This document shows positions 47,407 to 60,320 of a stretch of DNA of 64,000 bases, one piece after another. The stretch is from contig NW_026889750.1 in assembly GCF_033153115.1 (NCBI RefSeq), positions 25,792,001 to 25,856,000 on the forward strand, in the 5' to 3' direction. A model generated the notes under the pieces. The model did no database searches and had not been told where the DNA came from. It saw nothing but the letters and a program-made list of their open reading frames with translations. Both the position numbers and the translations under genes were made by a program. The stretch is from Saccostrea echinata. Its lineage: Eukaryota. Every line of letters begins with the position of its first letter. Within the stretch, counting starts at the first letter, position 1.

Positions 47407-50400
47407 GTTTTACACCTAATTGTAACTCACTATGACAAATATTCTTTCTTACAGCAAACAGTATTTTACAAAAACTAATACTGGTATGCAATTTCCCAGA
47501 GTCTAAACCTTTATGAAAAACCAAACAAAAATTTTGGACCAGTAGCTTAACAACTTTTAACATAAGTATCTCTGGGTCTCGACATTAAAGTTAAAGCCTT
47601 TCATTTTGCGAAAAGTACCAAACATTGCTTTGTTACCTTGTGTTGCACAAATGTTTCTGTGTGGATAAAATTTTACCATTATTATAACTGAGTTATAATT
47701 GTAACTTGCAGCGTCAATACGGATCTCTTTTCTATTTCGTGCTAAACTAACGCTTCATCCTGAAGGCAGTAACCTCTGAAGACATAAATACCTAATAATA
47801 GTCGTCCACTTCTCTTGATAGCAATTAATATTTAACATCCCGTTTAGCCTTTCTTGTGGCTTTATGTCACACCTTCCAAAATGTACTCCAAATTTAATTT
47901 AATTTAATATGTGCCGAGACAAGCCTTTTTTCTGCAGAACGGACGGCAAAATGTACCTTGCATTTTGGCACAAATTGTCCTCGGCGACAATATGTGATGC
48001 TAACAATTGTATATTTTGTAGCCAAAAATATCGTTTTGAAGAATATTTTACTGGGTTGAGAGATGGGGGTGGGGGAATACATGTATGCTTGTTTTTTTCG
48101 TGGATTTATAATAACTGTATTGATTGCACCATTCTCCTTCTCCACAGAACATGTAGCTTGTATATAAATACATGTACATGATTAGTGTTTTTATAACAGC
48201 TACAATAATTTACTTCATCGGAGATAAAAGTGAAAATCCTACATAAAAAACATCGATTTATCCTTCAGTTAAAATGCAATCTAATGAAAACTTGAGATGA
48301 GATAAATGCCGGTGGACGACAATACATGTACGTGGGGTAGGTGCAGTATGTGCGTCACAAGGTGGTTGTCTCGTACGCATTTAGAACAGTGAAATGAAGA
48401 GAATACGAGTTTCCTGAATATATTTTTGAACAGGTGTTATGATAACCAAAGATAAGTTTATAATGTAACCTTTAAATTTTTTTTATTATTGTAAAAGAAT
48501 ACCTAAAAACACAGTGTAGAATTGACTAAAAAAGATTTTTGTCAAATGATTTTCTATTAATTTTGTTGAACAAAGGAATAAAATAATCTATCATTATTTT
48601 GTTTTTGTGTTTAACTTTTCTGACAAAAAATGTATCAAAAGTAAATCAACAGGATGTGATTCTAAAGCTACAAGTTTATCAGTAGTAGGAAGGAGAAAGA
48701 TCAAACTTCTTTTCTCAGATTATTTTACAAATTCAACTGTAAAAATATGATATTCACTTTATAAATGGCCATTGATCTTTAGCATAAAGACAGGAATCTG
48801 AATCAAAATTGTAATTAACTTCAATCAAGGCCACAATAGCCTTGACACTGATTTTGGACGGACAGATGATTGTGTCCTCATTTTTAAAACGAATGAATTT
48901 TAGTTTCAAGTATATATTTATTATACATGTATCTTACGGTATATCTCGAATATATTAATTTTATATTTTTTTTACTACATGTACCTATGAATTCAAAATA
49001 AATAATTGTCTTACCTGATTAATTAATGTTCTTTGAGAACAAGCCCTATCTTTAATTTATAGTCCGATGTCGAGTTACGTCAATGATGATATTATTCAAT
49101 GAGTTTTTAGGCCATTGCATATTGTGATGTAAAGGAAATCCCGTGTTTGCATGCATATTCATATTTGATTCAATGTCATTATTATTCAGTCAATATTTGA
49201 AATGTTAAATGTTGTAAGTGCAAAAAAATGAAGATCACATTTTGAATTTACTGAATATTTCTTTATTGCTTGAAAAGTATGCAAATACAAAAATTTTGTG
49301 AAACAGTGTGTTCATCTGTCATATTCGGCGAGTTTAAAATTAATGACATGGCAGTCGGAACAACACAGGTGGATGGGTGTCTACAGTTAAATGTTTTTGT
49401 AGACCAACATACTCTCAAACTTCAGTTACTTTTCCTATCACTTGCTCTTTTGGAGAAAAAGTGTAAATAAATAAATGAATATATAAACTTAACCCCCATT
49501 CCCTCTTTCTCTCATCGTACCTACATGTAAGTGGTATTATTTCTTGAAAACGGAAAGGATTATACCAAACTGTGTTTCGCGTTCAACTGATATTAAATGT
49601 TTACTTCAATGCATAATTCATTTAAGATTTTTTTAAATTTATATTTATGATGTACTTATAAGGGCCACACACTAAATCTGTGTTCACTTATGTGTCATAT
49701 GTCAACATTTGCCAATCTACAGAGAGCGTTCTGGGGTTTCATTGTCAATGTATTGTGATTTAATAAGGAAAAGAATACTGGGTTTGATATGCACAGGATT
49801 TCCCTTTGTGCATGCTTTATGTGAATGGCATTTCCAAAACAAATACCTATTTGGTTTTTCCCTTAACTTAATTTTCTTACTAAGACCTGTGAAGAAATTA
49901 CATATAGCAATGTAGTGTATATGCATGTGAAACCACATATTTGTAGATTGGTTAGAAAAAATGCAGTGTACAATTCTTAAGGTAATGGGGAAAAATAAGA
50001 AAAATAAATAAATAGGAAAATGTGAAGATAAGGAACAGTGATCATTCTCAAAAGTCCTTTAAAATAATACAAATTATGAACAGAGCAACATGGACCTCTG
50101 AAAACAGAGGTGGGATCAGGTGCCATGGAGGATTTAGAATCCCCCGCCTACCGGTCAAACCCCCCTCGTGCCCTTTGTCATGATCGGGTAAACGGAAAAT
50201 CCGTAGACAATTCAGATCGAAAATAATGACCTAACAAGTTTTATGAAAAACGCAAGTCAAAATTCAACCTAAAAACAGATTGTATTTGCAAAAAGTGTAT
50301 CGTTGTATCGACCATAGAATTTGCGAAATGTTGACTTTAAACGAGATTGTTGATATCCTTGTATCATAAACTTATTTGTCAATAGCCTGTCTCGTTTGAG

Positions 50401-51082
50401 TAATTGTTCGTATGTATGATATGTTTTTGCATATTAGGTCAACTGGGAGATATAAATTCCATATGCATGTGAAAATGGCATATAGCTACATAAGTAAGAG
50501 AAGATGACGACAGAAAAGTTGAAGTCACCACGTTTTTCATAAAGTCTAGTTGGCAGTTTTTGCCATCAATGTCTTTCTCTTGTAAAAAATCGGAATATGG
50601 AACAGATGTGTCAGATTTTGTGGTGTCTTTTATTTCGAGTTCATTGGGATATATCAAATCAACGTAGGAATGGAAATAAATGTTGTTTATTGGTAGAACG
50701 TCGTCGATACTAAATGTCGAATAGAAGGCCACAGAAAGAGACTTCTTTTAATGTAGAAGTTTTTTTTTAAAATAAATTTTGCTGCAGATGAATACAAAAA
50801 CATATCTGCTAAGAACGGGGCACAATTAGTACCTATGGCAATTTCAATAGACAATTGGAAGACCTGATCTCCGAAAATCATATATAGAGGCTCTATTGTC
50901 AATGGGAAGCTCAAGCATCTTTTAGGTATCAAGCTCGGAGTACTTGTATGTAGAATCAGAATGTTATTTAACAAAAATCTGAATATGACCAATGACAAGG
51001 TAAGCAAATTTACGAGTTCCATTTATATTGAAGAAGCAGTAGAGTCTGGTCTTTAATTTATCGTGGAGAAGGCTGTATAGTA

Positions 51083-51926
51083 TACTGAAACGCAAAAGAA
51101 ACGCAACATCCTATTTTAGGGGGAATTATTATATATAGGATATAATTTTGTATCTAAAAAGTAAGAACATCTTTAACTTTGTAAATATCGGTAATTTAAC
51201 GGTTGAATGATTTTCATACCATTACCGGAAGTTAAGTTTGAGTCCGCTTAACAAAAATAAAAAAATGCATGTTTAACAAAATATTTGGCAATAATATGGG
51301 GAGTTTGATTTTGTATCTGTTCATCATAAGTAATGAAGCAATGTTACGAAAAATAAATTTTCCATTCTTTTCCGTAAGCGATGACAAGGCTTCCTAAAAA
51401 TGACTTAAGTACGCATTTCCATTGGTCTAGCTGGAAAATCTCAAAATAAAGGTGATGGAGAGTTGCAGATGCAAATATGCAACACACCACGCCTCAACAG
51501 CCTCTTACGTATCATTGGCATGAATGACAGTCCTAGCTTGGACCGGAAGTCCAAGGGTTTATACACTGCGCTTGGCTAGGGAAAATTCGACCTCATCATC
51601 TGAAAAACAGGCATTTAAAATTGGCAAAGAATATTTCTTTCGATCAGATCTCGAGATTAATGAACCTACTACATCGTAGAAATCAAGTTGCAACTGTTGT
51701 ACATGGCAGTCTTGCACGCTGTAATTGAATGGCCGGGGTGGGGGGTGTTTTAACATTCATATGTGTTACTTTCTAAAGTTAAAAGATTATAATTTAACAT
51801 TTTTATCAAATCTCTGATGTGTATAAATCAAGTTTTATCTTACTGTAGTCATTTTTGAAAATCATTAGATAAAAAATCCAAATATTTGTAGATTACTGCT
51901 TGTTGCGTTTCTTTAGCGTTTCAGTG
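51083..51926. mobile_element. Tc1/mariner-like non-autonomous element
   Basis: 26-bp TIR (t/c)actgaaacgc(a/t)aaagaaacgcaaca, with TA on the left flank. Confidence 0.8.
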
Positions 51927-51930
51927 TCGA

Positions 51931-53194
51931 AAAGAGCCATAGCGCATTTGATAGGCATTTTCGCCTACTCTACTAGTGATTTCTTAAATTCATTGTTTAT
52001 CCAAAATTTTGTCATATAATATTAGTTTATACATACGTAAAACCAAACCACATAATAATGATATTTCAATATTGATAGTTCCTTCATATGACAAATATAA
52101 AATTTATCCAGTTTGTATGGAGTGTATAGTAAATATTGAGGTATCCACCTAAAGATGACAAACTGTTGCCAAAGACCACCCTTAACCAGAAAAACAACTT
52201 TTGAATAATTTTATTTGGATATGACTGCGCTTCATTACATTTAGATAATTTTGGTTAAAGGTGGTCTTCATATTGAAAATGATGAATATATATATTCAAA
52301 TTTTCTTCTCATATAATCGTAAGATTTAGCAATCTGTCTTAAATTTATCCATTTGACATCATTGACTTTGTTGGCGCAGTGGTATGATTGCTGGAATGTA
52401 AATATGGTGATTGCGAGTTCGAGCCCCACATTTTTCCATTTATGCTTTTTTAAAAAAAAATTTTCTTTGTATATCTTTTCTACGTTTTTCTTTATTACGT
52501 TTTATAATATGCATAATTTCAGGAAGTTATAATATACACATTACACTTTGAAAGTATCTCGGGAAAAGACAGTCCTAAACTATTTTATTAAAGTCATATA
52601 TGGCGTATTTAACTAAAATTAAAAAGATCTTTCTATTTGTTTTATTACTTTATATAAAGATAGGAGTTTCTTGTAAATTACACAATTAAAATCAATTACG
52701 TTTCACAGGTATTAGAAATTTAATACAATATCCGATTTATTTAACGACTCCGCATTTAATTAACAGACACAGTTTAAAATCAATTAAACTATGGAAACAT
52801 TAGGTTATTCAAGTTCAAAATCGGTGAAAATTTTTATTTGAACGTAAAAAACATATATCACGTTTATCTTCACTCAATCTCGTATTTTTATTTTATTTAT
52901 TTATTTTAGCTCGATACGCCATATATAGCTTTAAAGTTTGTAAATTCATAGCTACATTGTACTTGTATTATTTTTATTGATTTTCTAAATCTTTTGTCTC
53001 AGAATTAGAGTATTGAACAAATTAAATGAATGTCATTTGACATACTTGCAACTATGAAAATATAATACTCGTCCTCAAACCATATTACATAGTTTGATCT
53101 TGAATTGAAAAGGTATATCTATAAATAGAAGCAGGTGATTTCCTTTTAAATTCTTGATTCGGCCGTGTCGTCGGAGAGGCAGCTATGGCTCTTT
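51931..53194. mobile_element. Non-autonomous element with AAAG-type 13-bp TIRs and an internal tRNA-like cassette
   Basis: aaagagccatagc / gctatggctcttt. A box tggcgcagtgg and B box gagttcgagccc at 52371-52430, followed by a T-run. Confidence 0.7.
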
Positions 53195-53851
53195 GTAAGT
53201 TTTGATGCTATTGATTTTGGTAAAATTTGTGCTTTCAAATTTTCTAAAAGATACTTGGAGTTTTTAAGTATCCAGATCTGATTAACACCACTTCCTGAAT
53301 ATGTTGTACAGTACTCCTGAAGTTTCTCCTTCACTGTGGCTATTATCTTCGTGATGAGTTTTTACGTATGGTAACTCAAATCAACATCCATCTTATACTT
53401 TTAATCCATTCTAACGAAGTGTCAAGGTCTTTGTTTTCATATTTAACCCATCGTCTGACAATCGTCAACAAAATTTTCATAATTTTTATGAAATTATGTC
53501 GCCTGTTAAAGATCGATCGGGGCTCTCTAAATTTAATCCGTTTAAAATTAGTGATTTAAAGTCCTTATTGTCAATTATATTCGTAGATAATTTTTACCTG
53601 ATCAATCAATAAAAAAAAATGCAGACATTTTCTCTTCTCAAAGTAGTAATTAAATATAATGCACAATTAATTACACGTGTCCTACAGAAAAAAAAAATTT
53701 AATGCAAAATTGTCACATAAATATTTTGCATTAGAAATGTCACAACTTTAAAAAAGACAAATGGAGGGATACTTATTGAGAGCCTTCAGAAGCCAAATAT
53801 TCACTTTGCATTCTAAGCCACCTTTTTGTTTCTAAAACTGCTGAACCGATC

Positions 53852-54434
53852 TTAAAGGACAAGGTGTGGTAACGGCCGAATCTGGCCCCTTATTTGATGT
53901 AAAATTCAGAACACATTTAAATTGTGATACTTTGTAGTTAAGAACTTAAAATGATGCTTGTTTTAATACCAGCATTAATTTTGATTCAAAGCTTACGCGG
54001 AAGCCACAAGAGGGTGCAGAAGTGGGACATATTCCCGAATTTCCTCAATTCTGGTGGAATTTCGTCAAATGTGAGACTCTTTTCACTTCTGGAAACATAG
54101 AGCACAAGCTTGCCTATCTGAGATTTTTATACATAAGATGCATCTGAAACTAGTGTATGAAATATATAAATTTGGTAGATAGGCAAGCTTGTGCTCTATG
54201 TTTTCTGAAACAAAATGTGCTGTAAAATCGATGAAAATTTGCAAAAAAATGAGAAAATTCGGAAATTGACATATTTTCTGACCTTCCTGTAACCTCTGTG
54301 TATCCCATAACTTGGAACCAATATTCATTTTGTGGCAGGGGTGACAACAGATTTTCATTGCTAAACTGTTGCATCATTCTTAAAGACACCCCAAACCAGG
54401 GGCCAAAAAGGGGTCTTAGTCTATCTTGTCCTTT
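53852..54434. mobile_element. Non-autonomous TIR element with TTAAAG-type ends
   Basis: ttaaaggacaag / cttgtccttt. Confidence 0.45.
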
Positions 54435-54473
54435 GGTGGTGGAAATCCAGTTGTAAAATTTATGGGGTTTCTT

Positions 54474-54602
54474 NNNNNNNNNNNNNNNNNNNNNNNNNNN
54501 NNNNNNNNNNNNNNNNNNNNNNNNNNNNNNNNNNNNNNNNNNNNNNNNNNNNNNNNNNNNNNNNNNNNNNNNNNNNNNNNNNNNNNNNNNNNNNNNNNNN
54601 NN
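54474..54602. other. Assembly gap (129 N)
   Basis: Run of N. Confidence 1.
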
Positions 54603-55944
54603 TTTAATTTGGCTCTGCCAACATGATGTATTGAATAAAGACATTATGGAAAACGTTATTTTCACCACTTTCTCTTAAAGTTTGAATTAATTAATAATTA
54701 ACACTTTTGCAAATTAAAAGAATTTAATTAATATTTACAATATACAAGAATTATTCACAATATCTTCTTGTCTTCTCTTAACATCTGGTATAGTACATGT
54801 ACTAGATAATTATGATGATTCTAAGCTACAAATAGATGCATGAACCCGATACCGATCGAATGAGAAAACTATGCTCCATGAATCCCAAATAAATGGCATG
54901 AATTTTGAATTATGATAAATGGATAATACTGTATTTTCATCATAAATCCTATAGAACAACGTATAAAAGATCTGTAAAGATCTAATAAGATTTCAATATA
55001 TGACAAGTTTGGATCCTGAACTTGGAACCCAAAGGACAGGATTTCTTTTTCAATTTTGCACATTGTCATCATGAATTCACTTTGTCAAAGTAAAGAAGAC
55101 AGTGAAATGTGTTATACATTTTCATTGAATGAATAACTATAACTTAGCCCGATTTTCGGGTCTGCATCCTCGATCCAAGGTATATGTTTTTCGCAAATTT
55201 TGGAGAGAGTAGACTGTTTATTATAATAATTATAATACAAACTATATTTATGGAATATGTTCAGGAGTAAAGCATATTTTTTTATGATTGCATGAGTGTT
55301 GATGTTAATGCTTATCACGCAAGTCACACATTTTGTTTTCCTTTGCCCATCAATGCTATACATGTCAAATATAAGAAATTGAAAATATTCTAAAGGCCAC
55401 TAATAGACAGACCAAGGTAACATAGATGTCCCATATTGATTACTTGATCATACTTTAAAAAGTGTAGGAATAATTTTTTATCTCTCACTTAAGGATAAAA
55501 AGCATTCATTTGTACACATGTTATAGCCCTAACATAATCTACTGACCAACATAATGAAATTCATGACTCTTGGTGGATCTAAACTGATCAATTTCCAATA
55601 TCTTTCACAACATCTGAAATAATCTCTTTTTTAAACAGCAGCTATATTGCACAAACAAGAGGTTAAGAAGTCTTGACAGATCGTAGCATCAGGGGTTTCT
55701 CAACGTGAGAACTTAATTGTTCTGGGGCTGTAATTCCGGACTCGTTTGAGCGTAAGTTACTTTCCTGGTACAAAATCACCCTTATCAATCATAATTAATG
55801 CATATTCATGTACGTAGTCCTTCCACTAGTGTAAAGGTGTATACGAGGATTTAAATTTTTCAATTCACACGACCAATAACTTTACTATTTCGCTTTTACT
55901 ACTGTACCCAAGAAACATGAATTTGCATTTTGACAGAAGACTAA

Positions 55945-56559
55945 TTATGCATAGTTTTTGCCCTGTCCGCCCGTCTGTCTGTCTGTCTGTCTGTTTGTCC
56001 GCAAAAACTTTAACCTTGCCCATAACTTTTGATTGGTTGGAGCTAAGGCTTTCAATTTTCACATGTGTATTCCTTGTGACAAGACCTTTCTTTGGGTGCC
56101 ATAAAATTTGACATTTTGACCTTGGAGTTTGACCCACTTTTGCTAATTTTTTTCAGACTTTAACCTTGGCCATAACTTTTGAATAGTTGGTTCTAGGGCT
56201 TTCAAACTTCACATGTGTATACTTTGTGACAAGACCTTCCTTTGGATACCAACAACTTTGACCTTTTGACCTTGACCTTGGAGTTTGACCTTCTTTTGAA
56301 ACAACCTTAGCCTTGGCCTTAACTTTTGAACAGTTGGTGCTAGGGCTTTCATACTTCACATGTGTAATCCTTGTGACAAGACCTTCCTTCGGATACCAAC
56401 AACTTTGACCTTTTGACCTAGACCTAGGAGTTTGACCTACTTTTGAAAAACTTTAACCTTGGCCATAACTTTAGAACGGATGGTGCTAGGGCTTTCATAC
56501 TTCACATATGTAATCCTTGTGACAAAGTTTTTCTTTGGATACCAACAACTTTGACCCTT

Positions 56560-56590
<31 letters not shown>

Positions 56591-57203
56591 GGAAAACTTT
56601 AATCTTGGCTATAACTTTTGAACGGTTGGTGCTAGGACTTTCATATTTCACATGTGTAATTCTTGTGGCAATACCTTCTTTAGGATATCAACAACTTTGA
56701 CCCTTTGACCCTTTGACCTTGGAGTTTTACCTACTTTTGGAAAACTTTAACCTTGGCTATTAATTTTGAATAGTTGGTGCCAGGGCTTTCATACTTCACA
56801 TATGCAATCCTTGTGACAAGACCCTTTTTTGGATCCAACAACTTTGACCTTGGAGTTTTACCTACTTTTGGAAAACTTTAACCTTGGTTATAACTTTTGA
56901 ACAATTGGTGCTTCGGCTTTCATATTTCACCTGTGTATTTCTTGGGAGAAGGCCTTTTCTTGGGCACCATTAATTTTGACCATTTGACCTTTACCTTGAT
57001 GTTTGACATACTTTTGAAAAAACTTTAACCTTTTCCATATCTATTCAGTGATTGCTGCTAGGTCTTTCATATTTGACAGGTTTATTCCTCGAGACTAGAC
57101 CTTACTTTGGGTACCAACATATTTGATTTGCATTTGAGAAAGTTTAACCTTTGCTATAAGTTGCCATACGGGGGCATCAGTGTTTCACAAACACATCTTG
57201 TTT
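55945..57203 (+). mobile_element. Non-autonomous Helentron/HINE-like element with a (GTCT)n microsatellite and ~8 copies of a ~146-bp satellite
   Basis: 5' gcatagtttttgccctgtccgcccgtctgtctgtc. The ctttaaccttggccataactttt monomer has period 146 (e.g. 56451 to 56597). 3' end ggggcatcagtgtttcacaaacacatcttgtt. This is the architecture known for bivalve HINE/DINE-like elements. Confidence 0.8.
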
Positions 57204-58489
57204 GCTGTGTTTGTACTTTGGGTATATCTCTTGATATTTTAGACTTACAGATCAAGTTCAAGACCCGTTTTTACATAGGTTATGGCCCTTAGACTTATAA
57301 AATGTCTAATACATGTATTTCATTGTTTTCCCTTTTTTTTATTCATTTATTTATTTATTTCTTGGCTATACTTTAATACTATAAGCTGATCTCTGGTATG
57401 TCTCTTTGATGTAGATGACTTACAGATCAAGTTCAAGTTGCTGATAAACCCATTTTTACGAAAGTCGTTTTTCCTTTAATATTTAGCTTTGAAAATTGAT
57501 ATATGTAATTGATAATTCACTTTTTTCCGGATTTTGTTTTTGTTATGCTTGTTATTTGGTATGTGTTTCTTGATATACCGGTAGATGACTCACAGATGAA
57601 GTTCCTGACCCAGTTGTTGAAAAAGCTATGGCCTTTAGAATTTGAAAATTTATGTAATTCACTGTTTTCCGGACTTTTTTGCTGTGCTTGTAGATACAAG
57701 TAACGAGTTTTATTAATTTTTTGGGTATGTTTCTTGATAATGATGACTTACCCATCAATGTTAAGTTTCTTGTTGATCGACTCATTTTTACGAAATTTAT
57801 GGCCCTTTGAATCCACCGGTGTTGAATCATGCAACAAATTCAATTTTTTTAAGAATTGTAATGGTTTTCATCTGTACATCCCTCGAATTTCAGGTGACAA
57901 AGCTCATGAAATTAACATTTTTTGTTCCCCTGCATCGGAACTGTTTTTACAACAATCAATTACAGGCCCGTAGGAAGCAATTTCAGTTGGGGGTGGGGGG
58001 AGGAGGGGACACAGCTATACATTTTTTACTAAAAAAGGAAAAAAAATCATCAGACGTTTTTATTGAGGGGACACAAGCATATAGTAGTTATGTTTTCTAT
58101 AGTAATCTATATATTGGCAAAATTATTGGGAGGGGGCACGGCCCCCCGGTTTCTACATGTACGGCCATGAGTTAAGACATTTCAAAGAAATTGAATATAT
58201 TCAAGTTTGCATACGATGCACAACACAACCATCAAGTCTAACCCACTCTAGGGTAGGACCAAGTTATCCATCATATTTTTTGATAATGTAGGTAATATTT
58301 AAACTTATGTGCTTCTCGTTTCTTAAAAACAAGTTTAACATTATTCTGGTCTACATCATCTTTTCCCACTAATTCCTTAAATAAGAGGAATATAGCATCG
58401 TATAGCAAAAACTTTTATGCCTTTGAAAGGAATCTTTCTCATTTATCATTTTAAAATAAGTGCTGTTCACAAATTTGCAGTGACAGATA

Positions 58490-60320
58490 TATCACAGTGA
58501 AAAATTCACTGTTCAAGAAAGAACTTTATTTTGGACTCTACTTTTCAATTTTTAAGTTGTGTCATATTTTATTTCTCACGATATGTTTTGCGAATCTAAT
58601 TGTTTAATTGACCAGTGACACTTTTCGGACTCTTGATCTGTTGTTACAAAGAGACAGAGTGCTATGTCTCAAGAACTAATAATCTCTAAAAACGACACTG
58701 TGTAATTATCTGTTTTTTTTAAATGTCCAAACATCAAAGCGTCATTGAGTTTACTTAATTAATCCAAACCTGTGAATCTTTCACTCATTTTACTAAATGT
58801 CAACACCTGTCATTTATTTACTCATTATGTACATTCTTATAAATAGTCATGTTTAATTTCAATTATTAGTCTGGAATATACGAAGGCCAGTCTCGGCCAC
58901 GTCCGACTCGTCAGGACTCTGAGTCCGGGGCCACTTCGGCCAGATCCGACTCGATCATTTATAATATGTCTGTTTGTTGATTCATGTAAACTGTTGCCAT
59001 CGTTGAGACTCATCTAATAAATACGGAATCCTTCATCATTTGTTTTATCTCTGGAATTGCATATTGGTGGACCTTCGGGAATACGGCACACCTATACTTT
59101 GTTTTTACCTCACGGCCACACAGCGCCTCTAGTCTACCTATATCTCGTACCCCCCTACGCCAACGTTCCCTCACCCCGTTCGGTCTGCAAACAACGGATG
59201 CTGTTCCAGACGAATTCCTAAGTACCGTCCAAATCTACACGGTCACAATTGGTGGATGAATCCTAAGGGTAAAACAACGCCCGGGGCCGCTGCATATATT
59301 TTGCAGTGGTCAGATCTCGAACCTCTACAGCAAGCGAGTTCCCCATATTAAACCACTCTGCTCAACGTATCAACGATGGACAACCACAGTGAACAACATT
59401 CATTGTCAACACTTTCAGCATCTCTCTTTTGACCACCAGGATACTCAAACCTACGTTTCAGTTAGTGCTTACCGGTGTGTACAAGAACATCAAAGGACAG
59501 ACTATAAAAGGAAGTAAAATTTCTTTCCAAACACGAGGACGTGTTTTTTCCGGAGCGATGGGAAATTATCACAGTGAAAAATTCACTGTTCAAGAAAGAA
59601 CTTTATTTTGGACTCTACTTTTCAATTTTTAAGTTGTGTCATATTTTATTTCTCACGATATGTTTTGCGAATCTAATTGTTTAATTGACCAGTGACACTT
59701 TTCGGACTCTTGATCTGTTGTTACAAAGAGACAGAGTGCTATGTCTCAAGAACTAATAATCTCTAAAAACGACACTGTGTAATTATCTGTTTTTTTTAAA
59801 TGTCCAAACATCAAAGCGTCATTGAGTTTACTTAATTAATCCAAACCTGTGAATCTTTCACTCATTTTACTAAATGTCAACACCTGTCATTTATTTACTC
59901 ATTATGTACATTCTTATAAATAGTCATGTTTAATTTCAATTATTAGTCTGGAATATACGAAGGCCAGTCTCGGCCACGTCCGACTCGTCAGAACTCTGAG
60001 TCCGGGGCCACTTCGGCCAGATCCGACTCGATCATTTATAATATGTCTGTTTGTTGATTCATGTAAACTGTTGCCATCGTTGAGACTCATCTAATAAATA
60101 CGGAATCCTTCATCATTTGTTTTATCTCTGGAATTGCATATTGGTGGACCTTCGGGAATACGGCACATCTATATACTTTGTTTTTACCTCACGGCCACAC
60201 AGCGCCACTACCTATACCTCGTACCCCCTACGCCAACATTCCCTCACCCCGTTCGTTCTGCAAACAACGGATGCTGTTCCAAACGAATTCCTAAGTGCCG
60301 TCTAAATCTACACGGTCACA
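58490..60320 (+). repeat. ~755-bp direct repeats (58490-59247, 59567-60320) around a 320-bp core; 1.7 copies of a 1077-bp unit; probable retroelement-type insertion
   Basis: Near-identical copies starting tatcacagtgaaaaattcactg. acagata occurs at both outer junctions (58483-58489, 60318-60324). Confidence 0.85.

Larger units (their letters stand above)
50016..53360 (-). mobile_element. Decayed Penelope-like element split by two nested DNA elements
   Basis: 3' tail at 50016-50230. IAIGTNCAPFLADMFLYS, SIDDVLPINN and YPNELEIKDTT lie in 50439-51080. The element resumes at 53195-53360 (KEKLQEYC..SGVNQIWILKNSK). Confidence 0.82.

Noticed and set aside
54150-54668. 172-aa ORF
   Set aside because: It spans the N gap and repeat sequence; an artefact.
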